From contig CM082596.2 in assembly GCA_040954595.2 (NCBI GenBank), positions 3,837,025 to 3,901,024 of the forward strand: 64,000 nucleotides of DNA, read 5' to 3'. This DNA is from Balanoglossus misakiensis (Eukaryota > Animalia > Hemichordata). Shown piece after piece: positions 24,501-38,090 of this stretch (position 1 is its first letter; each line of letters opens with the position of its first letter). The notes under the pieces were generated by a model, which ran no database searches, was not told where the DNA came from, and saw only the letters and a list, made by a program, of their open reading frames with translations. The position numbers were made by a program, and so were the translations under genes.

Positions 24501-26983
24501 TCAAATGCTATCCAAGTACACTTTAGCTCATTTGCAAAGGGCAGAATGAATGTGGAAACTGCAAGATTGCCACAGACAGATACATAGGCTTTCAGTAACA
24601 TCTGAAAAGTTGTTACAAAAAGTTATTTGCAGACAGATGAAATCATGCTCACTGTACCTCTTGTTTGAGGGCCTCTTCAGCAGCACCGAGATCTTCTGAA
24701 TTCAGAGATATCATTGGAAGGATGTAGCAATGGAGAAGTCTCAGCAGAGACTTATTGTCTGGTTTGTCTGTTAGCAGACAAGCGGCCAAGTCAAAGATGT
24801 CGTCCAAGTCAGCGTCGTAGTCATAGCATTCTCCATCGGTGTGATACACTGAAAAAAAGTGAAAAAACCACATGGATTAATCGATGATAAATCTGACATT
24901 ACCGTAGTTTAATTTGTTTTGCTTGGGTATATGACTTGTAGATGATTTTGAGAAATTTCCGTCTGTACTCAGACTATTAACTTTAATACAGAAACACCGA
25001 GGGGATTTCCATTTCGGAAGGATAAAGTCTTGAAACCAGAGATGCAAGATACAACACATGGTTTCACATCATGGAGAGGTTACACACATTACACATGTAT
25101 CATCAACAAACAAAAGCAAGGTGAATCTCATACATGTAGGGTCAAAGCTCAAAACTCAAAACAATGGTTTGTTGGATTGAGAGATTGCCACAATGTTGGT
25201 CTAGCATCTGTGATTGACAATAAATGTTAACCCATAAAAAACCATATCCCTCTTTTTAAGTGTTTTAACTGCGGTTTAATAGGCGAATTCCTCTTTCATA
25301 AGCTAATAAAACTTGCCCCATAGGCAAAACCAATCTATTTATGGAGTATGACTGCTGACAGCTAACCATTTTAATGATGCCTTGTTGACAGAGTCCAAAG
25401 TTTCACAAACTTTTTGTTTCACTGTTGACCAAGCCATTAACGTGATCAATGGCATTTTGTCATGGACTTATAGCAGGAAGTGAAATTCCAAAAATACAAT
25501 CCAAAACTTGTCATTTATAATGACGTTCAGAGACTATGTCAAAGCAGGAGCGTTCCAATAGAGAATTGTGTACTTCGCCAAACAGGGTTGCAGTGTGACT
25601 GTGTGGCACAAAGCCAAGAGAGGAAGTGAAATTCTAATGACAGTTGTCAGTTTCGCACTTACGATATAAACATTAATAATCGGTAATAAAGACAGAATGG
25701 TAAATTCATTGGCATGGGCAAAAGGACTTCCCGTTGGCCCCAAACCAATGGATTGGCCATCCTGTGTGATATGCAGCAACCACGGTACTTACAGTGTTTG
25801 ACGTGTGAGCAGTAGACAAATCCCCATTCCCTGTCTTGTCCAGTCAGACGACATCGAGAACACGCCGTCCATAGGATCTGCCTCTTAGCACAGTCAATGC
25901 TGATGGAGTCTAAAAGCAAGACCTAAAGAAAGAGAAGTGAACATTTGACATCGGATTTCATGTATTTTGAGACTGAAAACAGGGAAAAAGATATGTTACT
26001 TATAATTAAACCACACTGGTGAGAACTTTACTTAAAATTGGTCTATGGCAGAAATATAACGGAACTTAATATTAACATGTCCTGTTTCATAATATACATT
26101 ACAAACTGGGACATGTAACTCAGTGATCCATCCTGTCCAAGATCATTATGACCAAATATAGAAATCACATATGTAAACTTAACCTTTGAGTGTCTAACTA
26201 TTTGCAGTGTAATTTAATGGTTGTAAAAGTGACAGTTCTGGCCATTTTACAAGCAATTAGCAACAAATTATGAACTGTAATCGATTTTGTTTGCTGAATG
26301 TTACATTTCATTTGTATGCAGGCTGGGTAATCACTTGACCTTTACTTTTGATCATGTACCCGGCATGTTAAAACACTGCAGGTATGCGTCCACGCGTTGT
26401 TGTATCTATTCTACAATTAGACAAAACAAGTGAATGACACATTCGACTGTTGTATTGTTCTAATCACAATTGAACCCGATTAATTTGCATTGACCTCTCA
26501 ACACCGCCCAGAAGTTTCACACGGGTATTTGGGCCTATAAATAGTTGCATCGCATTTGTGTGGTGTCCCAAGGAAGTGAACGAAATATATCTCAGGCTGT
26601 TGTGATTTAGACTTGTAAGCGCATATAAAGATACAATTAAATGCAGTATAACGATATTGATTGATTATTTATTGCAAGTTTGAATCGTGGCCAGAAATTC
26701 AGCAACGTAATGTACAACGTAAACAAACACAGCTGATGAACGCGCGCAGCAACGCGTCCGATCGCGATCGACGCAATAAAAACAGTATCAAAGATGCCAC
26801 ACGTACCTTAAACCATATTGCCGGCTCCAGCGACATTTCTACCGATTCTGATGTCCCAAGAGGACCTTTGACGTTGACTTCCTCATGCATGTCGTGTCCG
26901 ATCTGCGGTACGCTGCCATCACGCAAAAAGACGTCGGGAAAACAGCGGACCCGGTTACAGTAATCTTTGCAGTAGACGAACAT
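12510..26983 (-). CDS. VPS9-domain protein (putative Rab5-family GEF, VPS9D1-like C-terminus) with unrecognised N-terminus, ~14 exons
   Basis: Exons ~26807-26983, 25793-25922, 24658-24848, 21543-21656, 16381-16470, 16143-16225, 15829-15934, 15484-15682, 15306-15364, 14957-15094, 14588-14840, 14354-14476, 12969-14160 and 12510-12770 join at GT-AG sites in compatible phase. The C-terminal LTGDDMPTILIVLLL...FLENGCHGCSLTQFQVAIEFL matches the VPS9 Asp-finger and the G-E-x-G-Y-x-LT-like helix. Confidence 0.75.
15691..15732. repeat. (GA)n microsatellite acting as the intronic polypyrimidine tract on the - strand
   Basis: agagagagag...agagagagag lies directly upstream of an acceptor site of the VPS9 gene. 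Confidence 0.9.
21900..22390 (-). pseudogene. Probable decayed class A (rhodopsin-family) GPCR fragment inside an intron of the VPS9 gene
   Basis: One frame gives MILVIFSLIVRNHKI (TM1-ICL1-like) and SAVRWIFDRDC (ECL1 WxFGxxxC-like). After a frameshift, IVFGWELFLFCFGGAGIVCTVNRNLTSLYLNILAIVSL*LG resembles TM4 FGW, the ECL2 Cys and TM5. Stops and frameshifts are present. Confidence 0.4.
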
Positions 26984-27862
26984 CTTGCCAATCTAAAAAA
27001 GTTGATCAAAGTACTTAGTTTGAAAAAGTGTTCATGAAACTAAACGATAGTGTCCTGATAGATTCCAGACATGATTTCCCGGCTTTGCCGTACAAATTTC
27101 AGAGATCAACCTCGCCTGCGCCGCCTAAACTTTCGGTGGGACGTCCCAAGTCGGAATCGGGACACACGAAAGTTCAAAGGTTATCAGTGAGTGGACTCAC
27201 CCATTACCAGGGAGGGTGGATTGTGAGAGTGGCGGGCACTTCCGCGTGTATAAAAAATTAAACGCGCTTTTTATATATTTATAAATGAGATATAAATAAA
27301 ATGTGCACATCCACCAACAAACATATGGAGAAATGTATTTTAGTTTTTACATGTATATTTCACGCAACGTACACGTACATGACGCACGGTAAGTTGTGAC
27401 AATCTCGAAGAACGTTTTTATTTTATTTTTGCTAACTTACAAATCATCTATAAGATATTTACATCTTTATCATCTCTTACCTAACCACTGTAGCCCCCAA
27501 ACAAATATCAGATGTACATTATCAGATGGTTCCGTCTTAACCAGAAAATGTATATAATCACCATGGTGATGAACTTCATCAGTTGATCGAAGAATCTTCT
27601 CATGTTTGTTGAAGAAACGGAATCCCACTTTTGAACATATAAACTAAAATCAAATGGAAATCCAATTCGTCATTAATTGGAATATTATATGAAAACACAA
27701 TAGAGTTCATATAGGATTTAATTGAAGAAGAAAAATACACGAGTATATAAAAAAAATCAAATATTGACGCATAAACCAGACAGGGAACGCAACTTGACTT
27801 CGTTCGTTTTCGCGCCACCTATCCTTGCGCGTGGCACGACGGGAAATACACGTGTTTTCAAC
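26984..27862. promoter_or_regulatory. Head-to-head promoter region of the VPS9 gene (-) and PA2G4 (+)
   Basis: The start codons are ~880 bp apart, both flanks are CpG-rich, and a YY1-type AACATGGCG overlaps the PA2G4 ATG. Confidence 0.5.
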
Positions 27863-30800
27863 ATGGCGGACAGTCAAGATGAAGAACCGACCATCGCTCA
27901 AGATCTGGTCGTCACAAAATATAAGATGGTTGGCGATATGGTCAACAGTAAGTGTTTCTGTTGTAGATTTTCACTTTCGGGGAGACTGATTTATTTTTCC
28001 GTCGTCTAAACAAACTCGTTATGCGACATTTTCATTTGCAATGCCCTGTCATCAGGGCCATGTGTTAGCCATTTCATTGTGTTGTGAAAGACTGGTAACG
28101 GGAAAGTTCTGTAAATAAACTGAGTTGATAACGCGTTCGTTTTAGCAAAAGAGCCTGCTTGTTTTCTTAAAAGTCAACCGCAAATGGTCAAGTTCACGTG
28201 TTTGTTCTGGGTTACCGTTAGAAATGGCCTTGTTTGACCTTGAAAAACAAACGGTGTTGTCCGGCTCAACACGTGGGGGTCGTTAACCTCCCTGTGTGCA
28301 CATGCCCCATATGGCTGCAAAGGAGTCGTGAAATCGGCAAGCGTGTCAGTTGGAAATCGACTTGCAAGTATTGGGTCAAGAAATGCGATCACTTGGTGTT
28401 TGCCACACGTTTTAACGACATTCATTTCGACGTGATCAAACTCAGTGTAAAAATTCCATACCACTGACCCAAGTTGTCGGTCATATTGCATGCGCATGCA
28501 CAGAACCCCCCAGCTGCAATGATTGTAGCGGGTCACGGTGCTGCTTGGTTGACTGGTGTTCGCAGCACTATATACACCAGTCAAAATAGCAACACCTGCT
28601 ACGATCATTGCAGCTAAGAATCCCCATAATCTCTTTGATTTACTTCTGGTGTATTTGAAGTTATTTTAATGAATAAAAAGTTGCTTGGCAAAGACATAGT
28701 GACTAATCATTAGTGTTTTTCCTTCAGTTTACTGATATACTTCTATTGCAGAGATATTGAAACAGTTGGTGGAGAAAGCCGTAGATGGCCAGTCATCGCT
28801 GGAACTGTGTGAACTCGGTGACAAGCTCATCCTTGAGGAGACCAGTCGTGTGTACAAGAAAGAAAAAGAAATGAAAAAAGGTGAAGTACAATGTGAATAT
28901 GTATGGCGAGTGTTTCAGAATTGTTTCTAACTTACTGATGCTATCATGTACTAATAACTATGTAAATTTGACTTGTATTTGTTACAGGCATAGCATTTCC
29001 AACCTGTGTTTCCACAAACAATGCAGTCTGCCACTTCTCACCACTGAAGAGTGACCGTGATTACGTTCTGAAGGATGGCGATGTTGTCAAAATGTAAGTA
29101 TAGAATCATCTACAAGAGGATTCACTTACATAATGCCCAAAGACAACTGTAAATCCTATGTTTCTGAAACTAATTTTACTTCCCTGATTGTACTACAGAG
29201 ATCTGGGTGCCCACGTGGATGGTTTCATAGCAGTCGTAGCCCACACTGTGCTGGTTGGTGCAACAAAAGAAAACAAGGGCACAGGTCGTAAGGCTGATGC
29301 CATAGTAGCAGCGTTCACTGCAGCAGAGGCTGCCCTCAGACTAGTCAAACCAGGCAATGAAGTAAGTATTCTCACTTTTCAGATCATAATTTTTGTTTCC
29401 TAAGACAGTACATGTAACCAGCAAGATGTAGCCCAGCACAATATCGCCGCAATGACTGGGCAGTACTAATACACCTCCAAACTTACACCCTATTGCAGAA
29501 TTATCTGGTAACTGATACCATTCAAAAAGTGGCCGAGTCTTATGGATGCAAGCCCATTGAAGGAATGCTGTCACATCAACTGAAACGAAACGTTATAGAC
29601 GGTGAAAAATCCATCATCCAAAACCCCAATGAGGCACAGAGGTGAGTGTAACCCTTTCACCATCATGGTTCAGTCCAAACTCATTGTTGTCTATGGTAAG
29701 GTTGGAGCTCTAAAGAGGGACCTGGGGGTGAAAGGGTTAAATGTCAAGTCATCTCTACAGTTGCAGATTATATAAATTAACCCCTTCAGCGCCACTTCAC
29801 TGACAGCCCATTTCACACTCAAAATCTTCTGTTGCAGAAAAGAACACGAAAAGTGTGAGTTTGATGTGCACGAGGTGTATGCTATTGACATCCTCGTCAG
29901 CTCTGTCGAAGGCAAAGCCAGGGAAGTGGACACCCGTACTACTGTTTTCAAAAGAAAAGATGTAGCTTATCAGCTGAAAATGAAAGCATCCAGAATGTTC
30001 TTCAGCGAAATGGAGCGTAGGTTCAATCTTATGCCGTTTACACTCAGGTGAGTTTCACATATGTTATTTTGTTTTGCTGTCTGATTCAAATTGGTTGACT
30101 GGAAAATAGTTTGCCTGGAACTAGTATTTAGCCATGAATTGAGATATATAAACATTGACAGAGGACACCAAGACAAATTTAACACTGTTGTGTTTTGTAT
30201 TCTGGATGCTAGGGCTTTTGACGATGAGAAGAAGGCTCGTCTTGGTGTTGTAGAATGTGTCAAACACCAGTTGGTGGATCCATTCCCTGTGCTATACGAA
30301 AGAGATGGTAAGTCTACCAGTACTCTCTACCTGTTAAAAAATGAGTTTAAAAACATTCTCAATAGTGTGGAAAAAACAGAAGCCAAAAAAATTATCACCA
30401 TTTGCTGAATAACTCTTCTCTCTTTCTTTGTCAGGTGAAGTCGTTGCACAGTTTAAATTCACAGTTCTACTTATGCCTAATGGCCCTCTAAAAATTACCG
30501 AGACTGCTTTTGATCCTGAACTTTATCAATCAGAACATACTGTAGAAGATCAAGAGCTCAAGGTGAGACCATATCTTTGTCAGTCATACTTTTAGAGTTT
30601 GAACATCAAAACTTGAACACGACCATACCATTTCTCTGTGCATTGTATATGACATTGCACAAGTAGCAAGAGCAAATGAAAGTTGCATCCTCATTACAAA
30701 TTTTGTTTCGTTTCTCAACAGACCCTCCTTAGTACATCGGCAAATCCTAGAGCAGCCAAGAAAAAGAAAAAGAAAGTAAGTATTTCTGTCTCAACTGATG

Positions 30801-31005
30801 TTATTTCATATCTGACAACTATTCAATGTTTTAGAATGCTTTAGGAGTACAGGACTTATACCTTGCCTGAGTGTATGAATACTGACACATTTGTTCTCCA
30901 AATTAAACGCTCATTGATTCTCATTGCTTTTTTTGACAGGCCGCCAAGGCAGCCAAAGAAGTTGCTGATCCTCCAAAGGCTGTCGATGAAGAAGCAGCCA
31001 AGTAA
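27863..31005 (+). CDS. PA2G4: Proliferation-associated protein 2G4 (EBP1), ~10 exons
   Basis: [114 protein letters not shown], and a Lys-rich KKKKK C-terminus. Confidence 0.97.
29649..29740. mobile_element. ~92-bp MITE with piggyBac-like TTAA/CCC...GGG/TTAA ends
   Basis: The terminal inverted repeat is TAACCCTTTCACC ... GGTGAAAGGGTTAA. The internal tggttcagtccaaa segment is shared, inverted, with the copy at 50934-51037. Confidence 0.75.
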
Positions 31006-34000
31006 AAAAACTGAAACGTTTGAAGACCCTGAAGACAAACAGTCACTACATACACAGATTGCTACCTGGTTTCATATTAGTCTCTTTGGTACTGAATATA
31101 CATTTACACTCAAGGCAAGCAAAGGCAGACCATCAATACTTTCTGGAACTTATGTGTGCTGCTTTTTTTTCCACCATAAAACTTATATCAGAATCAAGTC
31201 ATCTCGATTCTTAAGATTTTTGTTGAAAATTTGCAATACTTTTCCGTGTATGTTTTGCCTTTGGCCATACAGTTTGATGGGTGGTGAAAAAGACACGAAC
31301 CTGCTGTCTTTACATTCAACATTGCACCCAATGCTTTCAGCAACTCGCCATGAAACAGTATTGTATTTTTCCGTGTCTTTTGCCGGATGTGCAAACACAG
31401 CTATGTTTATTTGGTTATGAACGGAGGACGAAGTGGGAAATTGTTTGTATGGAGACTTCAAATGAGATGTGGTAGAAATCTGTGTGTCGGTATTTTATTT
31501 TGTTATACAGACTACCCATAGTCGTAGTGAAAAGTACATGTATTCCATCTACATTTGTTGGCATTTTTCGGAACAACTATTCGAACTTACGATATTTCTA
31601 AGTTTTTTCAAGATCATATGTGTGAAATCCAGAAGAAGTGTTTTGAAAGGGTCAGTTTTGATTTGCAGACAAGTTTAGATGAGTACTTGCCTTGGCATCA
31701 CTTGTAGGAAATTGTATTTTTTACCAGACAGGCAGAGAAGAAAGCAACTGGTTAGTTTTCCTTTCCACTGGTTTTGGATACAGTGACTATGGAAACAGAC
31801 AATAAAAAGAGTATGAGAAAAAACTGACAATGACTAACGAGTCCTGTTTTTCTGATAAATTTTTAGAATGGATGTTCAATCAGATTACATGCACATTCAT
31901 GAGCACATGATTGTTTTTGACAGTCACACCTTTGCTGACTTCCATGAATTTATGTTGCTTGCATTATACAAATGAAGATTGAAATAAAAGGAAATGAAGC
32001 ATAGATAACATTGCTTCTGATTGGTTGGATGTCTATCAACTGATCGAAATGATTGGTCAATTTCGTTACCAACTGATCACACACCAAACAGATACATGAA
32101 CTATCTGAATTAACCTACTGGGGCACTTTACATTGACTCAAATGGCTTTCGCAAAGAACAATGCTGGTCTTTGCTGATGCAGTTTACATCTGGTTGCTAG
32201 TAAATTATCACAACATATTTGTGATATACTTTTGAAAACAATGTGGGTCACATTTATACAGAATATTTGTTTTCCGAACCGTTATAAATATCTGATAAAC
32301 CAGGTCAGTCTTTATCATTTATGGCATAGCAAACATTTTTACAATCTGTAGTAAATGTATTTTATTTGACTTGCTTTCAAGAGTTAGGCCAGGTGTGTTT
32401 ACTCTTGCTTCAATTTCGTACATTATCCACACTGCCTTCCATTGTAGAAAATTCAATTGTTAAGCACACATTTTTCATGGTCTTTATTCTAGAAAAAGAG
32501 CACTGACAGTTGACCTAAATGCATGCAATGAAACACCGTACGTCAGCCTAAAGAGACCCTGGATAATTGTTATGTACATATGTTTGCGCATGGTTTTGGT
32601 GCAAACACTTCATGAGTTCGAGCAGGCATGAAATGGACAAACTATGCTATAACTCATAACTTGAGAGGCAATAGGCGACATTCTTGGCATTTCTATGGCC
32701 ACCTATGTGATTTGCTTGACTGCACCATCCTAATCCACCTAAACAGTGTTGTTTCCATGCGGGAAAGTAATTCTAATAAAACACAGCAAACTCAAAATAT
32801 TGACACGTCTATTGTCAGTGCTTGCGTAAGGTTGGAGAAAAGTGATGTAGGAAAACCAGTAATACTAGTATGTATGCTACCCATTAATTTGTGTTTATTG
32901 ATATGCCAAGGGAATACCAGTAACACGACTGGGGAACCCTGGTTACCGCCCAATAAAAACACTGAAGTTAGCCACTCCCATTGTAGATACGTGTATATAT
33001 ATCAACGACCTCAACTGTAGCTTCTTATTGACGTGGAGCTGCCAAGGGAGGTGAAACCAACAACAGTTGCAGTAATTATTTCGACTTTCTACCAGTGAGG
33101 TAGGTTTGGCTCGTTCCAAATATTGTTGACTCAATCTGTTTGTCACATTTCCATAGGACTGTCAAAACAGCAATTCTTCATGTATAATTAATGCCCAAAA
33201 AGTGTGGCAAGGCTTCTTCAGTCAAGAAAAAGTCTTATGACATCCACAGTCGGTAGAGTAGTACACAGCACAGCTTAATATAAGAGTTTTTCTCATAGGC
33301 AGACACTAGCTATTTCTTGCAACTGTGCCCTGGTCTATATTTCTTGTTTTCAACAGATGCTGTCTATGTTTTTTTCAATTTTGTATTCGCGGTCAGAAGG
33401 TATGCAACAAATACTGTAGTCATGACACTGTACTCGCCATATCTTATCTTTAAGCAGCAAGTATTTATTGCCGAATGTAAGGACTACAATATACAGTAAA
33501 GTACATGTGTATATGCGTTAATTTATGATTTGGCTAAAATAAGTGCCTCAGTCAAATTTTTCTCACACCAAACCCTCCCATTTAACACGTTTTCATGATT
33601 TGTGCACAAAATGACATCTCTTCACTCATATATGTTTCATTGAAACCAAATGCATATGGTTACCAGTATTGGTTACAGAAGAACAGGGTGTGCCAGGGAT
33701 TTGTGAAACTGGTACCTGGATTAGAGGTGGCTAAACAATGGGATCCAGTCCCAAATTAAGTTTTTAATAAATACCTCCAGTCCCTGCAGTAAAACATGGG
33801 AAATTCATTTTCATGTAAATTGTAATCAGGTTGGTTATACCTAAATATAATTATGAGTTGTCAGACAAACATGTTTGAGTTTGTTTACACACAAAAATTG
33901 GCCTGAGCCAGTTTCAGTTCCCCATGCAATAAGTTTGTATAAACATGCTTTAACTTTATAATTGTTAATATTAAACATTCCCAAACGAGGTGATAATTAT

Positions 34001-34091
34001 GACCTGAGATGACCATAGAGGCTTGACAATGACGCTTGCAACCTGTTGCAAACGTATACATTATGCCAGCATGCATAGATTCTCAAGAAAG

Positions 34092-34160
34092 TAGCTCTGC
34101 GTGCAGGTCTGTGTGTTTGTGGTGGAGGCCGTCTAACACCCATACCTGTACACAGAGCTA
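34092..34160. mobile_element. ~70-bp MITE-like inverted repeat with TA ends
   Basis: TAGCTCTGCGTGCAGG ... CCTGTACACAGAGCTA form a 16-bp TIR with 2 mismatches. Confidence 0.5.
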
Positions 34161-34528
34161 GAACATTTATAACAACGTGTAGCTACACGAAGACTTTCTC
34201 AATGTTGGCACATGCACAAGTCTACGTGAAAGCTAAAATGTGAAAGTCAAACCTTACCGGCCATACTGTATACACGTGGGCTTGTGTCCATCTATATCAT
34301 GTATATGATGAAATGAAGCTTCAAATGGCCACATGGTGGCGCACTTTTTTTAAACCTCCAAGTTCCATATAGTCGACTGTATACTTTTATAGAATCAGAG
34401 ACAGAAAAGCTATACGTTTCGTGAGATGTATACATACATGGAAGAGCCACAAATATTATAAGAGAGGGAAATTATAACCTGGATTGCAAACATGTATTTT
34501 TCTTAAACTATTAGTTCACCTTCTGAAG

Positions 34529-37048
34529 ATGGCGTTCTTCACTCTCATGTTGATTGCGCTGACTGCCTGTCAATCATCCATGGCTTTTCCAATTGTGGAA
34601 TTCGTTTACCACAACTATACCTCATTGACGGATGACATGGCAACGCTGAATTCAGAGTATCTACAGTACACCCACCTGTACAGCATTGGCAGAACAGTGC
34701 AAAGTGAGTTCTTAATTGGAAATTTATTGCCAAGTTTTGAAAAGTGCAAGAAAATCAACATCGTTCCTTAGCAACATTTCTTTCAAAATATTTTGCTACA
34801 TAGAACATACTAGCATAAAAATCATAACATTGCGAAGGTATAACGATTTAATTTAAGCTCGGCACAAGGCCCCAGAACTGATCGACATATAAAATGGTCA
34901 GACAGACATGGACGAACGACTACAAGAACCCAGATACATATTTCACCCTCTGTTGTGTCTATCAGATAGGGAACTGTGGGTAATGGCAATTGCTGGAAGC
35001 GACCCGCACAAACATGTGGCCGGCAGACCAGAAGTTAAATTTGTTGGTAATATGCATGGCAACGAGGTAGGTAGGAATAAGCTTATCCTCATACATATAT
35101 TCAGTTACTAATACATGTGAATACTTCATCACAACGAATTTCACCATTACTATTACATTGTTTTGTGAAGGTGGTTGGCAGAGAACTTCTTCTTCAGTTC
35201 ATCGAACGTGTTCTGGTCGGTTACACTCACAACTTCACACTGATGACAGAGCTCCTGGACAACACAAGAGTTCACATCCTTCCGTCAATGAACCCAGACG
35301 GATTTGAGGAGGGGGTGATGACAGAATGTGACACTCTGACTGGACGGTAAGAAATAATTCATGTACATGTACTTTAAATTTCTTTTTTTTTTCCGATGAA
35401 AGTTTTGCATGGACTCAGTCACCAACACAAACATCAGGCCTAAGTGGTCCTAAACCACAACGGTTTGGCAAAATCACCAGAAATTGAATTCAAATATCTC
35501 TTCGGATTAAAGATACAATGGAAACGGGTTGGACTTGAATCGCAACTTCCCGGACTACTTTGAGGAGAACACGGCTGAAATTCAACCGGAGACGCAAGCA
35601 ATCATGGACTGGGTGGAAGAAATCCCTTTCATCCTCTCCGCCAACTTTCATGGGGGCGCACTTGTGGCAAACTATCCGTTCGATAATCTTGATCCAGGTG
35701 AGTAAATCGTGTGCTTCTTGCCCAAGTACATGACTAGACTAAGTGTAGGCCTAATAAATGCAATTAGAAAGAAATGCATACGTCTTCATGCTACATAATG
35801 TCATTCCCTGTTTTATACTTTTAGCAAAGAAAGTAGAAGACCCACCATATCCGTACAGTATGAGCCCAGATGACGACATCTTTCGCAACCTTTCGCTAGT
35901 GTACTCTAAACACCACAAAAACATGCACAATATCACCTACAATAATTGCGCGCACGTGTTTGGAGGGGAAGGGTCCAATTATACGGAGGGAGGCTTCGTG
36001 GATGGAATTACCAACGGAGCTGAATGGTACCCGATACTTGGTAAGTTTGTTTGAAGGGGAAGTAAGAGGCAAGGAATGGAGGGGGGGGGGGGTCGGGAAG
36101 GGGGCAGGAAGAAAGGGAGAGACATAGACTGAGACAAAAACAGACCTGAGACAAGCCAGGTGGAAAGTATACATACAACAACATGGGAATTCACGGGTAG
36201 ACCACACAGACTGACTGAATTTCCTTCACTCATCAAATACAGGTGGCATGCAGGATTACAATTACATCGAAGGCGGCTGTATGGAGATACTGCTGGAAGT
36301 GTCCTGCTGTAAATACCCGGATGAAAGTGAACTGCCGACATTTTGGGACTGGAACAAGAGATCCATGATTGAGTATCTGAAGCAAGTCCACAGAGGTATA
36401 TTAATTCGTAATGTGGCCACATAATTCACGAATGCTATAATAATTAGTCACAAAATTAATAGAGAAATTGAAATTCGTCGAGTGCAGTAGCCATTCGATG
36501 AATGGCTAGACGAGTAACTGACTGACTGATTGTTGGATGGATGGGATTGGATAAGTGAGTGAGTGAGTTAATACATAAAGAAATGAATACATTTTAAATT
36601 ATTTTAGGTGTCAAGGGACAAGTCGTCGACATAAACAATAACACTGTTGCTGGGGCAACCGTTTCCGTGGACAACCGATCTGTGACATTTCGAACTGCTG
36701 ATGACGGCTACTATTGGAGGATCCTAATGCCGGGTGATTACGTCATCAAGGTAAGTCTCGTTTTAAATTAAATCACAAAATGTTTACGCAAGTTCCCAGA
36801 CAGAAAATAAGAAATGGGTATTATTCGAAATCTGATCAATTATACCCCCCTCGTCCTTGCAGGTTGAGAAGAACGGTGCAACAGCAGAGATGCCGGTCAC
36901 TGTATCCAGCGCTGTCTACGATGTGACCGTTCAAAACTTTCAATTGGACATCGACGTCAACGCCGATGCTTCGACTGTGCCTCGCCTTCCAAGACTAGTT
37001 TTGCTGTCATTCGTGTTGTTGGTTATTCAGTTTGTTCGGGTCCACTGA
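34529..37048 (+). CDS. Carboxypeptidase M-like (M14B, N/E subfamily), copy 1, probably GPI-anchored
   Basis: Signal peptide; [13 protein letters not shown] (Zn ligands H/E); LPSMNPDG; [15 protein letters not shown]; [17 protein letters not shown]; GGMQDYNY; [12 protein letters not shown] (catalytic Glu); a transthyretin-like domain (GVKGQV...YWRILMPG); hydrophobic C-terminus. 8 exons. Confidence 0.92.
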
Positions 37049-38090
37049 ATCTTTGCTCATATACTCTTGCAACATATATGCGGGTGTCGTGTGGGGGAAA
37101 TGATATTTTAGGCTATACGTTTGTATTCTCGGATGTTTTGTATTGTGAATTGTATTACCCAACTAAACATGCACATGCAAAACAGTTTTGGTGTAGGTGT
37201 CGTCATGATCGCAGACCCAACTTTTATGATTAAGGTTCTGTTACGTTTCATGTGAAATAACCTTGGCTGATCAAATAAACATGTTATAGACAAAAAAAAT
37301 CTTGGAATAAGTTACTCTATATAGAACAATGCAATACATGACTACACAGTTATCCCAGTATTGACAATTCTGATATAACCTGAATGTGATTGTTTTATAC
37401 GCACTTAGCGTTTGATTTATATACTCCCCAAACAACTAACAATGGCCGTGTGAACAACTGCACAATCGTTCTTCAAATATAACGCTATGGTATTACGTCA
37501 CGTGGTAGTCGCCGTTAGGACCGTCACTCAAACAAGTACCCTTCGTCAATATCTGCAGCTGTAGAGGATTCAATTGTAGTTTTCATTCTGCTTCGACGTG
37601 AACAGTGATATCATCTCTGTCCAAATACTCAGGTGAGAGCGGTAAACACCACTGGACAGGTATTCAAATTTCTCCTGAACAATGTTGGCGTTCATGATTG
37701 TCTTCGTCGAGAGTTCGAAACTTCTATATTCATATGTAGTGTTTTTATGTTACTGGTCATGGAATCTCTAGATGCATGGAGTGAGTTACAATATACGTAT
37801 GTTTACACGAGTGTACACACTTCTCTTTTGCCAAATCGAATTGACATAGCAACGCGATGATTTGGGAGTAGACAGGGGGTTGAGTTTCTATGTTAGTAAC
37901 CATGGCATCGCACATTGCATCACAGACGGTAAAAAGAGAAGGACATGATTGCATCGATTTGGTCTTTATCGTCCAATCAGGTGCATGATAATCAACGTGT
38001 GTATGAACTTCAGTCCGCAATAATCACTTCACACACACCCCAGCAATATCTTTGCCCATCACACGTACCTTTGTCGATTGCTTGCCCAGG

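Noticed and set aside
28174-28608. 144-aa antisense ORF in PA2G4 intron 1, with faint ionotropic-receptor-like blocks ([12 protein letters not shown]; [20 protein letters not shown] in another frame)
   Set aside because: The similarity is too weak and fragmentary to call without a profile search.
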